From Amoebophrya sp. A120 (Eukaryota; Protista; Dinoflagellata), in NCBI GenBank assembly GCA_905178155.1, contig CAJINV010000003.1:11520733-11584732 (forward strand): 64,000 bases of DNA. The letters are read 5' to 3'. Shown in pieces: positions 11,501 through 22,517 of this stretch (position 1 is the first letter of the stretch; the number at the start of each line of letters is the position of its first letter). A program made the translations under genes and the position numbers. A model generated the notes under the pieces. It did not search any database. It was not told where the DNA came from and saw only the letters and a program-made list of their open reading frames with translations.

Positions 11501-14500
11501 AAGGAGGACTAGCACGAAGATACAACTTTTGCAAGACATACTCCTGCTTCCAAGATTTCGCGGTGAGAAGGTTGCCGGGTGAAGAAGATGCGGGGGAGAA
11601 TCTGTTCTGGTTTTTATGTTGGTCGTTCTTTCCAAAGACGTCGCCGTGAAGAGCTGAGCCCTCACTAATCCTCCCCTCCTCTTGGGCAGACACGGAGGAC
11701 TGCGATTCCACGTCTTTGGAGTTGTGCGAAGACTGTTCCTGGTGCGGCGACCCTCCGGCACCGAAGCCGCTGGCGCCACCAGAAGAGGAAGATGCGTTGT
11801 TTGTTTTACTCGCTTGTTGTCCTTTCTGAATCTGTTTCAGCTCGCGGCGCAAGGTCGCATCGCCGGAGGGCACGGCGAAAATGTTAATGTCATCTTTCTG
11901 TTCCCCCGGCGAGTCCTGCCAGAGGCTGGAGATTTTTGCTCGAAGGTTGGCCACGAGATGGTCTTGCTGGTCGTCCTGGCTGTGGCTGGTCACAGATTGC
12001 AGAAACATAGAGTTATTGGCTGTCCCAAAACCGTTGTTGTTCTTCTCTTTGCCCCCCGCCATAATTCCGGCGCTGCTCCTTTGGTCGTGCTCCGCATTGC
12101 TATCCGTGGCTGAAAACTGCTGAAACTTGGACAAGTCCTGCCTTTTCAGAAACAGGCGCGACGACGACTTGTCCAAGTCGTCCGAAGCAATGCCCGGAGA
12201 AGACGACGGCGTGATTGCAGGGCTATACCCTCCAACTCGATTCAGATTTTCTTGTTTTCCACCATGATCTCCATGCGGATTTGTTCCCGAAGATGGCCGC
12301 GGCGCCTCCCCGTTCGTGCGAAGAAGATCATTGCAGCAGTTTTCGCCGTCTTTCAAGTTGTAGGCCTTGGGACTCCTCTTGGGCACCGGGGTTGTCGTGG
12401 TGACTCCAAATGAAGAAGTCTTCTTTATTTCTTGCGTCTTCTCGAGATTTATGTCATCGTGCTGTCCCCCATTTGCAAATTGCGCTTCGCGGTCTTTCGC
12501 CAATAGTTCCTGTAGCGCTGGGGATTTCACCTTCTCCTTCGCAGCCACAGCAAAATTCTGCGAGCAGGAAGAAGAAGAAGTTCCACTAGAACTAGAAGAA
12601 CTCAGGTTATAATTGTTTTTACTTGCAGGAGGAACAACGACTCCAGCACCGGTTCCGCTGACGACTGGGGAAGCACTGCTGGTGGACTTTGAAGTAGATT
12701 TCTGCGGCGAGCCTGAGCTGTTGGAAATGATTGACGATCCCGTCGCGTTGCTACCATGAAGATGATCACCTTTGGCTGAAGAATTATCTTCTGCTTCCTT
12801 CACCTTCTGTTCCCAGTGCTGGATCATCCCGGAGATCTTCGCCGACACTCTGCCCTTGTTGTGCCCCGGAGCGTTGGATGGTGGAGCTGGAGGTGGGCTC
12901 TCTAGTACTTCTGCTGCATTTCTATTCGGGGAGGCACCAGGATCCTTCCCGTTGCTCACACCTCCTCCACAGCTGGTCGTCGTCAGGTGGAACGTGCTCG
13001 TCAGCGTCCCCCCGTTGTCGTCGCTTGGAGAAGGTGGGGATGCAGAAGATGGTCGAGGGACAGATGAACTCGCAGTGGCTGGTTCTGCGCCGGTGGTGCT
13101 GGAAGAGGAAGTAGAACTACAAGCGCCAGGGGAAGGACCGGCGGGTTGTGGTGCTGGACGAGAACGAGAAGCCACCGTCTTGACAGAAGACTTCTGTGTA
13201 ACGTCATTTCTTACGCTAGTGGGACGACCTCGCAGCAACTCGTCCTCGTCCGCCGTTGTTCTCGTTTCGGCTTGTTCATCTCGTCGTTCATTTGATTCTT
13301 CCTCGACGACAGGAGCTGCCGAGGATTTCATCGCACTCGTCTCTACTGCTGGAGCGGAAGATGTTCTTGGGCTCGTCTTGATGATGGACGATCGTTCACC
13401 CGGCAGGGGCTGCTCTTGTTTCAAGCAGGAAGTACTACTGCTCCCAGCACCCGGAGCAGCGTGTCCCGCACGCTGAACAACCTTCGGCAGCTGCGGGGGC
13501 AGCTGGGACCACCGGTCCGGTAGAGGTGGGGGAAGTTCGATCTTCATCGTGGCATCTTCGTCGGAGTCGTCTTCTTCTTGCTCGTAATGTTGAAGTTGAT
13601 CACGACGACGAGACACTACACTATCTTCGGTCTCGGTAGTTCTTTCAACATTTTTGGCAACAGATTTTTGGGCAACGTCCGTTTCCCCCGTCAGCACGAT
13701 CTCAAGAGATTTTACAGTTTCTGCCTCATCTTGTTCCACCTCCTCCCCTGCCTCGCCTTCAAGAGCCGAGGCAAACGTTGCTGTTCTTGCCGGATCTTGT
13801 TCATCAGCAGCAGCGCTCGTTTTATTTCTCTTATCTTCATTTTCTTCAGTTGGTGATGCTGATGCTGTCTCCGGTGCTGCGGGGGCAGATGCTGTGGCTG
13901 CGATTATAGCAGGCTGCTGGAGCTGATGCGGACGCTCTTCTTCCGCCGGCACTTGATGCGGTCCAACTTCTGCAATGCAGCAGCTAGAGGAACTACTTGT
14001 GATCTTCTGAAAATCCCTTGGCGTGCTGACCGCGTGCTTGATTTTCCCTACGACAGTGAGAATGTCAGATAAGTTTCTCTGCAACCCCTCAACGAGGGGA
14101 ACCTCTTTGTTGTTCAACTGGCCAGCTGGTTTCTTATCCTTATTCTTGTTCACGCCGACCTCCCCCGGAACAAGATCGCTCTTGCTGCCTATTTTGTCTC
14201 TCGCCGACCGCAGCGGCCGTAAGTTCAAGCCCTTGTGGAAATCCTTTCGGTAGTCATACTCGCGCAGAGAAGAAGTAGCAGAGCTTTCGCCATTCTTGTT
14301 CGTACTCGACGTCCCGGATCCCCTGCCGGGGTGCGGTTCCAGACGGGATTCAGATTGCGAATTTGACAAAGACGACCGGTTTGAATCAGATGATACTAGG
14401 CAAGGCGCGCTTCCCCGTCGGTGGTCCTTCGCACTGGAAGAGGAACTACTGCTCGCTCCACCTCGTCCCTTCGCACCGAAGAGCGAGGAGGAGACCACAG

Positions 14501-16127
14501 GTGGAGGTGGCGCGCCGCTTGCAGCTCCTGGGCCAGAAGCAGCAGGAGGCACCGAGACTGCACTGCAGTCGCTGTCTTTTCTCGGTCTCTGCGGAAGGAA
14601 AGAAGAAGAAGAAGAAGAGCCTGTAGCTCCGGCGCCAGGACCACGGGCAGCAGATTTCTTACTTTCCGGTGCATGTTCGAGCAGTTGGTCCGCACTAAGG
14701 TCTATGATTGAAACGCTGCTGGCTGCGGACGAGGGAGATGGTTTCATCTTGTTCACCCCCTTTGTCCTACTACTGGTCGACGAGTTCGACGCGGCCCCAC
14801 AATGATTATCATACAAGAAGCTATTTTGCGACACAGCTGCATTCGATACGCATGGCCCGTTTGAGATACTTTCTGCAACGGCGTCGCCGTCTAAATACTC
14901 CGGACGATCGGAGAGCAGCTGGTTATTCACCCTCGGTTCGTAAAGCCCCAACCGCTTCAAGGACTCGATGGCCTTCGCGAAAACCTGACACGCGGCTGCG
15001 CAGCTCGGGCGTCTTTGCGGGCGCTTTGACAAGCACTGCGACACGCAGCTCACCACGTGGCGGTTGCTCACCCGAAAGGCCAGGTCCTCCGTCTTCAGCT
15101 GCGCCGTGGCAATTTGCAGAATGATCGCGGCGGCCGGTTTCATAGCGGCGGGGGGCGGTTGGTTCTTGTCGCCTTTTGCGAAATTCCCTTGTCGGGGAGC
15201 AAACGGCGCTACGCCGGTAAACATCTCGTAGGAAATCGTTCCCAAGCCCCAGCAGTCGGATTTTTCATCGTACTTCACATTCTGGCAAATTTCGGGGCAC
15301 AGGTACAGTGGCGTCCCGATCATGGTACTAGCGAGTTCGCCCGTCGCGTCTTGGATTTTGCAAACACCGAAGTCCCCAAGACGAAGTTCGTAATTAGAGG
15401 AGAGAAAGATGTTGCCTGTAGTCGTGGTGACAGGGAGGGCGGTCTTTGATCAAGAACATCATGCCGATAGGACAGCGACAAAAGATACATTGATTCACAT
15501 TCATGCGAGGCGAAAAGAATGGCAGGTTCAGGTAAGAACAAACGCAGAGTCATTTGAATGTCGTTGATGGCATCGATCGTTTCCACCAGTCAGTGTTAAA
15601 CACTACACAAAAATCTAAAAATCAATACGTGGCTTCAAATCTCGATGGAGGACTTTGTGCTGGTGGCAGTGTGCCAGGGCCGTGGCTAAGTGCTTGCTGT
15701 ACAAGAGCGCCACGGATTCGGGCAAGAATCCCTGCTGCTTCAGCAGTTGCGCCAAGTCGCCATTGGCGCAATACTCCATCACAATGCAGATACTGGTGGA
15801 ATCGGCTTGTTTCCGGAAGCTGTCCAGACATTTCACGATGTGCGCACAGTTCAATTGCTTCAACACCGCGACTTCCTGCAAGGCAAAATCCAGAACTTGG
15901 TTCTTTTTTTTCTCCTCTGAGGCCGCGGCTGGGGATGAGGCCGAAGTCGTGTAGTTATTTCCCGCTCCGCCGACGTCGATGGTCTTCAAGCAGACAATTT
16001 CTTTGGTGACAGTGTCAAAGCATTTCTGGACAAATCCGAAACTGCCACGCCCAAGGTCCGACTGGATGCGGTAACGGTCTTCAGGCCGCCGTGTTGACGG
16101 CGATGTGGATAATTGTTCAGGGTTCAT
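8515..16127 (-). CDS. NIMA-related (NEK) Ser/Thr kinase with very long low-complexity C-terminus, 5 exons, ~2,200 aa
   Basis: Motifs LGRGSFG, VCLKTI, HRDLKP-NIF, LGDFG and GTPLYLCPEICQNVKYDEKSDCW. GT-AG intron at 15416-15628. Three introners (11340, 10945, 9105) whose removal joins the ORFs in frame: KQE|AKAT, LR|KSRE, NKP|ASST. Confidence 0.85.
9105..9426. mobile_element. Introner, family B (322 bp)
   Basis: TIR TATCGAAAGGAAAAATCCCCCCTCCCCATA / TATGGGGAGGGGGGATTTTTCCTTACGATA. Perfect TSD TGGTT. Confidence 0.92.
10945..11227. mobile_element. Introner, family C (283 bp)
   Basis: TIR core GTAAAAACGTACCCACACCAGAG at both ends, TAT...ATA termini. Perfect TSD TTCCG. Confidence 0.92.
11340..11540. 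mobile_element. Introner, family D-like (201 bp)
   Basis: TIR TATCCATTGCAAAAGTTG / CAACTTTTGCAAGACATA. Flanks CTTTT/CTCCT (3/5). Removal restores the frame. Confidence 0.8.
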
Positions 16128-16965
16128 TTTCCTCGGGGGATAGGCATTGGGAGATCAAGAATGTCGTCGTGATTCAGATTCATTTTTCGAGGCAATACTT
16201 TAGAAGATCTTTTCAAAAAAAAGGGGAGAAGCAAAAAAGAAAGGAAGAACTTCTAGTAAACCGTAAAAGACATTGATCATATGCTCTGCACTGAGCTTCT
16301 GCAACAGCGCAGGTCGTGGTTTTTCTTTCGTGGGGATCTACTTCCAGTTCTACCTTTTGATTTTTCTCTCTCGGCCAATTTGCTTCCTTGAATCACAGAC
16401 GACGAGCACAACCATGAAATAACGCGATTTGCCGTACAATATCGAAAACGGAGCGAGAAACCAAGCATCAAACGGACGAATTGGCTTCAGTCGTTGCAGT
16501 GCATGTAGTTCTCTCTGACCCACACAAACGCTGACCCGAGCAAGATCGAGAACTACATGATCATCAAAACGAGCGAGCCGCTCCGTGTTTTGAAGACCTG
16601 CTCGCGGTGCGACTGAATCTTCATCCATGTACAAACTCAAACGTACACTTTTGCGAGAGAATTTTTCCTTCATATTCAAACTTGCGCGTGCGCTGATCAT
16701 GTCAATACGGATACATTCGTTCGATTCGACGTTTTCCACTTCCACAACTGGTCGCTGATACACTGAATTCTCAAAATAAAGGGTTTGATTTGCGATAAGA
16801 AGTACCTTCAGGCTTATTTTCTTTGGGTATCTACAAATTGGTTCATTTTGTTCTTCGTTCTGCGTAGTTTTTTGAAAAATTCATACGCATGATCGTGGGA
16901 CGGCGAGGGGGTAGTTTTTGTACAAACACACAGGTAGTCCACCGCCTGCTCCATTACTTCCCCAA

Positions 16966-19900
16966 TTACCTTGCCGTCCCGCTGTCCAGGGTGAACAGCC
17001 CCTGCGCAAACCTGGTCGACGGGTAGAACGCCGCGCAGACGACGCGGTTGTCGAATTTCCGCCCGTTTACCTCCGCCTGGAACCGTCGCGCGCTCGTCAC
17101 GTTGGCGTAGTGGACGAAGACTTTGCCGACCCCGTTCGCCAGTGTGTCCGCGAAGTTGGACGTGGAGGGCCGCGGGATCCGCACCTCCTCGATGACCCCG
17201 TACTTTTTCGCGACCGAGGTGATGTCGTTTTTCACGGACTGGTAATCCTTCTCGTCCAACAGATCCGTCTCGGACACACAGTTCAGCAACTGCACCACGG
17301 TGGACGGCAATTTGCCGGTCTGCAGGCCCTCCGCCAGCCGGTGGGACACCAGGGGGTTCTTGAACAGTTTCGCGGTCACCGTCTGCGGCTGCTGAATGGT
17401 GTTCAGGTGGGCGGCCAGGGACGATTGCTGCGTCACCTGGGTGGCCTGGGCCATCAGGTGCTGGACCTTCAGCGCTTTGCCCTCCAGAACAAAACCGTTC
17501 AGACACTGTTGGATGTGTAATGGATGAGGATGATGTGAATGTGTTCGTTCTTCGATAATGGTCAACATAACTTACCTTGGCAATAAATCAATTACAATTA
17601 GGGTACATCATGAAGAAGATGACCTCCCCTCTGTTAACAGAGGGTTCAACATCTTTTTTGACATTCAAAAGAGCAAGACGAATTTCCAGTGTATCATATT
17701 CATACCTGAAAAACCAAGTCGAAGTCGACTTCTGCGTTGGGTTCGTATTCCAGCATCCCGTAGCCTTTTGACCCACCGTCCCGATGAACCATCAGCTCGA
17801 AATACCTGTTGTTTATGATGTTTATCTTTTTATTTCAGACCACTTGCCTGGTGAAGCACTCTGTAGTTCTTCTCCCTTGCGAGCTCCTCTACTAAAGTGA
17901 GACGAGCTCTTGAGTTGTCATTGTCAAAGACAAACCCCAACATTAAGTCGGCTTTGTTATATTCTTTATTATTAAGTAAAAAGTATACTTGAGTTCCCCG
18001 AACTGTAGGAACAGCTCCCTGAGCTGCGATTCCGTCATTTGAACTGGCGCTTCGAGGAAGGACAGTTTTCCTGCTCGGCGTTTTTTCACTTCCTCCGTCG
18101 GGTCCGGAAGGCCCAAAAGTTTGTACAACGTCAGACTCGCATTCGTCAACTGGTCCTGCCGTAGCACAAAGTGGGTGGGCGGGAGAGTGGCTACCAAGGA
18201 TTCGAGCCGCTGTATTTTTGGAAGTTCTGGTTTGTTGATCATGCTGGCGTCATTATTTTCACTACTTACTCCTAGTATCTGCTCACGATTTACAACTTCC
18301 GCGGCTTGTTTCTTCTCTTGATTCAGAGGGTCGATGAGTTTCGATTCTGACGGGAGCTTGATTGGCGAAGACGTCTTGTTGGGGTCCTTGTTCTGATCCT
18401 TCTCGTCTATCACTTCTAGTACAACGTCAGGAGCTACTTGTTCTCCTAGTGGCTTCTTGTTTTCAACACCGTTCTTGGTCGGGGATAATTTTTGGGGGGA
18501 TAGCTTGTTCTGATCTTTGTTCGGTAAATCCTCGTCTTTTTCCGCTATCACTTTTTCGGGCGTAAACGGGTTGTTGTCAGTCGACGGGGAAAGTTTCGGG
18601 TCCTCGCCTCCTGCTGCGGCAAGGTTTTTCATGTTGCCCTGCTCCTCGGTAGTTGTATTCGCGTTTATCGCCTTCGCTACCGGTGAGGTGGCTGCAGCTC
18701 CAATTACGGGGGCCGCGGTTTGGGCCTGAAGATGATCTTTGTCACCACTAGAAATCGCCTTCGTCGCGCCATCTCCCTGTTCCTCGTCAACTTCCATTTT
18801 ACTCCCGTCCTTATCGGCCTGCTCGTCGATTTTCTTTGCTTCCCCTCTGCTCCCTGCTCTTTCTAGTTCCTCCTTCCTCTCCGCCGCCGCAGCTGCAGCC
18901 GCGGCTTTGCGCGCCGCTGCATTGGCTTTCTCGATTTCCTTGTTTCTCTTCTCGATTTCGATATTAACCTTCTTCAACTCCCTTTGATACACGTCCGAGG
19001 TTTCGAACTCGTTCCCCGGCCGGTACACCCACAGTTGCGCCCCTTCGTACTCGATCCCGTGCACGTTCAGCCCGACTTGCGTGCCCTCGAACGACCGAAA
19101 GTACAGCTTCGCCCTCGCGGCGCCCCCCGGATTCATGTTGTAATCCACTTCGCAGTCGTACACCGGCTTGAAATTGGACACTTGGGTCTCCAAAGAGGCG
19201 AGGTTCGCTTGATTTTTCGTCACGGCAAGAATGAAGCTGTGGTTGGATATTTTGGTTTTTGAGGATGAGGAAAGTCTGCTGAGGTGCTTGAAATTATGAG
19301 AAGACTATTTCGAGTGTAGACGCGTATAATGCTCTCAAGTATCTACTCGTCTTTTCTTTCATGCGGATGAAAGTGAAACCACTTCCACACCGACAAGATT
19401 GATCAAAATGATTGAAAATAAGCTACTATGTAGGAGCTTATACGTGTTCACGAACGTCATGAGGTTGGTCGCGATGGTTCTGGGATATCCCGAGAAAAAA
19501 GTACTGCTACAGTAACGCATTTTTTGTTGCAACAACTTCAGCAACGCGAACTTTCGCTGCACGACTGATAAAAGTATACAGTCATCCAGAAATTGGGATC
19601 ATAAATGGAAACAGCGCATGCCACGAGGCTCGCTCACAAGACAAGAAGGATTTATTTTCTGCATCACAAAGGTTGTTTTAACTTCTCTGCATTGCTTGTC
19701 CCGCAACACGATGCGTCGTAACTGTAACGCTTTTTTTCTCGCGATATGGGATTCAGGTTTTCCACTATGAGCACCCGGGACTTCAGTTCGTCGTTGTCGT
19801 AATTCGGTTTGCTCATGAAAGCCTTATTCACTTTCTGGGCGTGCACGCCCGCGGCGCCGCCTGCAGACGTGGAGGTGGACCCACTCGCGGCAGCAGACCC

Positions 19901-21113
19901 TGTCAAAGTTGAAGTAGATCCTACAAAGAATCAGATGGAAAAGTGCAGGAGGAATCGATTTTTGCTTGCATCTGTTTCGATTTCGATAGTTCCACCCTTT
20001 GATGTGTAGAAGAAGTAGAATTATAAATGCTAGAGATGCATGTTGTTCGCAGCGCTATGTTGTCATTTGGACGCTGTGGCTTTTCCAACTTTGTTCCTCG
20101 TAGAAGATAAAAATTGAGAACAAGTACTTCTTATGCAAAATCTGTACAAAAGTTCCTCTACAGTGGTACAACTTTTTAATGGCAGTCACCTATCTATGTC
20201 ATGATCTATTTTATGCACCAACCTGCATGATATGTTTATCGGTGAACAAGCTGTAAGCCAGTTTGATGCGCCTCTGCACGTTTCACACGCAATCCATATC
20301 GGCAAAGCAGATGCTCCTCCCCCCGTTTGCGTTGCCGACGGCACGTGTACGGAGATCGGTCCGTGGAGTCCCATTTTCACGACCATTCCGCCCGCTTCGG
20401 GAACGGGTAGGGAGGTTTGCGAGAGTTGGATGTCAGACCGCATGTAGTTTCCCGTCACGTCGTTCGTCACAAAGCCCTTCCTTTGCGTCGGGTCCGAGAC
20501 GCCCGCCACGTCCCAGTTGGACTTTTTCGGCAACGAGATGAGCTCCTTTTTCTCGGTGCTCTTCGAAGACTTGTTCTCCTTTTTCTCCTTCTCCCGGTCT
20601 CGCCTCCGGGAACGCGACCTGGATTTTTTCTTCTCCCGCTCTCTTCGTTCCCGCTCCCGGTCGCGGCTGCGGGACTTCTTCTTGTCCTCTCTTATGCACT
20701 GCGAAAGTAACTTCTTCGCGCTAGTAGATCGATGATGAAGCTGTGGGTTGCAATTTTTTTCCAAAAAAAAAAGTGGGACCACATGAGGTCCACGTTCAGA
20801 TTAAGTCAGATACATTATCTGTATCCGTCACGCACTAGTTATGCAATTTCATACGAAACGAAATACTACTTTTGCACGGGATAATGTCATCCTTCTTGTC
20901 CTTGTTTCCGCGTCGCTCCCGGTCGCGGCTTCGGGACTTCTTTTTCACGTCCTTCTCTTTTTTGTCAACATCGCGGCTTCGGGACTTCTTTTTGTTCACG
21001 TCCTTTTCTTTCTTGTCGTCGTTTTTCCTGTCCTTCTTACTTCTTGATCTTTTGCGGTCGCGGTCGGATCGGCTCCTGGACCGCTTGCGGTCCTTGGTGC
21101 TGGCTTTCGCCAT
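16966..21113 (-). CDS. U2AF2: Splicing factor U2AF large subunit (U2AF65)-like, divergent, ~7 exons
   Basis: N-terminal RS/K-rich domain, KSNWDV (compare U2AF65 KYWDV), RRM1 (SRVLIVENL), RRM2 with RNP1 SKGYGMLEY, and C-terminal UHM STVVQLLNCV...DLLDEKDY...KYG.IEEVRIPRP...GVGKVFVHY...NGRKFDNRVV. Confidence 0.82.
19486..19746. mobile_element. Introner in U2AF65 RRM1 (261 bp)
   Basis: TIR TATCCCGAGAAAAAA / TTTTTTCTCGCGATA. Perfect TSD TGGGA. Removal gives ENLNP|RTIATNL. Confidence 0.88.
20693..20883. mobile_element. Degenerate introner, family D-like, in U2AF65 RS domain (191 bp)
   Basis: TIR TATGCACTGCGAAAGTA / TACTTTTGCACGGGATA. TSD decayed, but removing the element plus 5 nt joins the two RS-rich ORFs in frame. 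Confidence 0.7.
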
Positions 21114-22517
21114 TTTTACTACAACAATGGGAGATGGGTACTTACTACTACAAAAGCTAGATGCTGGGTGTCAGGAGCAGGGTCGTCGGGTCCGTCGTGG
21201 TGCGGCGTCCTCGATAAATATTCTTCACCGCCCTCGCTGCCTCAACATGCTGGGGTAGTAGAACCTAGTGCCTGCTGATGTGCTGGTGCCTTCACGATTT
21301 GAGTGTCATTTTCTGCTGCTGCTCGGTTTTTGCTCATGATTGTGAACCACAACAAAAAATCTTGACATTCAATCGTAGTTTTTGTTTTTCCTTTTGTAAA
21401 TTATGTCGCTTGATGAACTGGCTACGCCAGTTACACATCGTAAAACGTCTTCCAATGTCGCCTGTTTTGTGAAGTAATATCATCATGATCGAACGGAGTC
21501 GGCACCATCGGAGGGATCTACCTTTTCAATCATCTGGGGCGAAGAATCAAAGACCATTCAACAAGAGGATTTTATTTGAATTTTCGGACCTCCAGAAAAA
21601 CTCTACATAGATCCTTTTTCTTCCTAACCACGAGTGCTTATGCTGGAGCCCATACAGTCACGTAAAAATGCTCGATAGCAGCAAAATCAAAATGGATGAC
21701 CTGCGGAACATTCCAAAGCCTCCCATTTCCATTGGGATCAGAAATTTCAAAATCGGCATCACATTCTCCTTTTGTCATTTTTGTTCCCTGCTTTTCTTCA
21801 GCCCGTTTCGCTTGCGGAGCACTTTCTCCTTTCATTTTGATTTTCATCCATACAAGTTTCAACAGTATTTTTAGCTCCTCCTTTCAGCATCGATCGATTG
21901 TACAGGAAAATTTGAGATTATAGCAAGTCCATTTATATCTTCAAGAGCCTCATTCTCTTCAAGTTCCAGTCGAGAACGAGATCGTACAAGCATAAAAAAT
22001 CAAGCTCCTCATCTGCATCTGGTAGTTGCGTTTACATTGATATGATACTTATATATGTTGTTGCAGTTGCTTAAAGTTAGATTTAGGTTTAGGTTTTGGA
22101 GGATATACCAGGAATTATTATGCTGTGCCAACGTAATCTTGTAGCTAGACAGCAAGTACTACAACAGAACTTTTCACTACAAACCGTATTCACGATTGAT
22201 TTTCAAGTTCAACCTCGTCAACGATCAACTGATTCCTCGACATAAACGACTCTATTTGTTTCTACTTTGCGGGATCGTACCAACGCTTGACTTTGTGTGC
22301 CAGATACAACGCAACGCAACAAGGAAACTACTCTACGTTTTCTCTTTACTATTTCGATTTCTTTAGGAAACTGACTCGGCCTCAGAAAAAAATCTTGAAA
22401 AAAAAAAAAATTCACTAGTGTAGAAGAACCCGCCCGGCACAACGAATCACAGGACGACCAGGAGCGAGGTCTTGCTCTTCTTGCACGACGCCATCATATT
22501 CCCCCCAAGAACCACCG

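Noticed and set aside
9635-14805. Long plus-strand ORFs opposite the kinase (and other genes)
   Set aside because: They are antisense shadows of GC-rich coding sequence.
22075-22098. TTTAGG telomere-like repeats
   Set aside because: Only two imperfect units.
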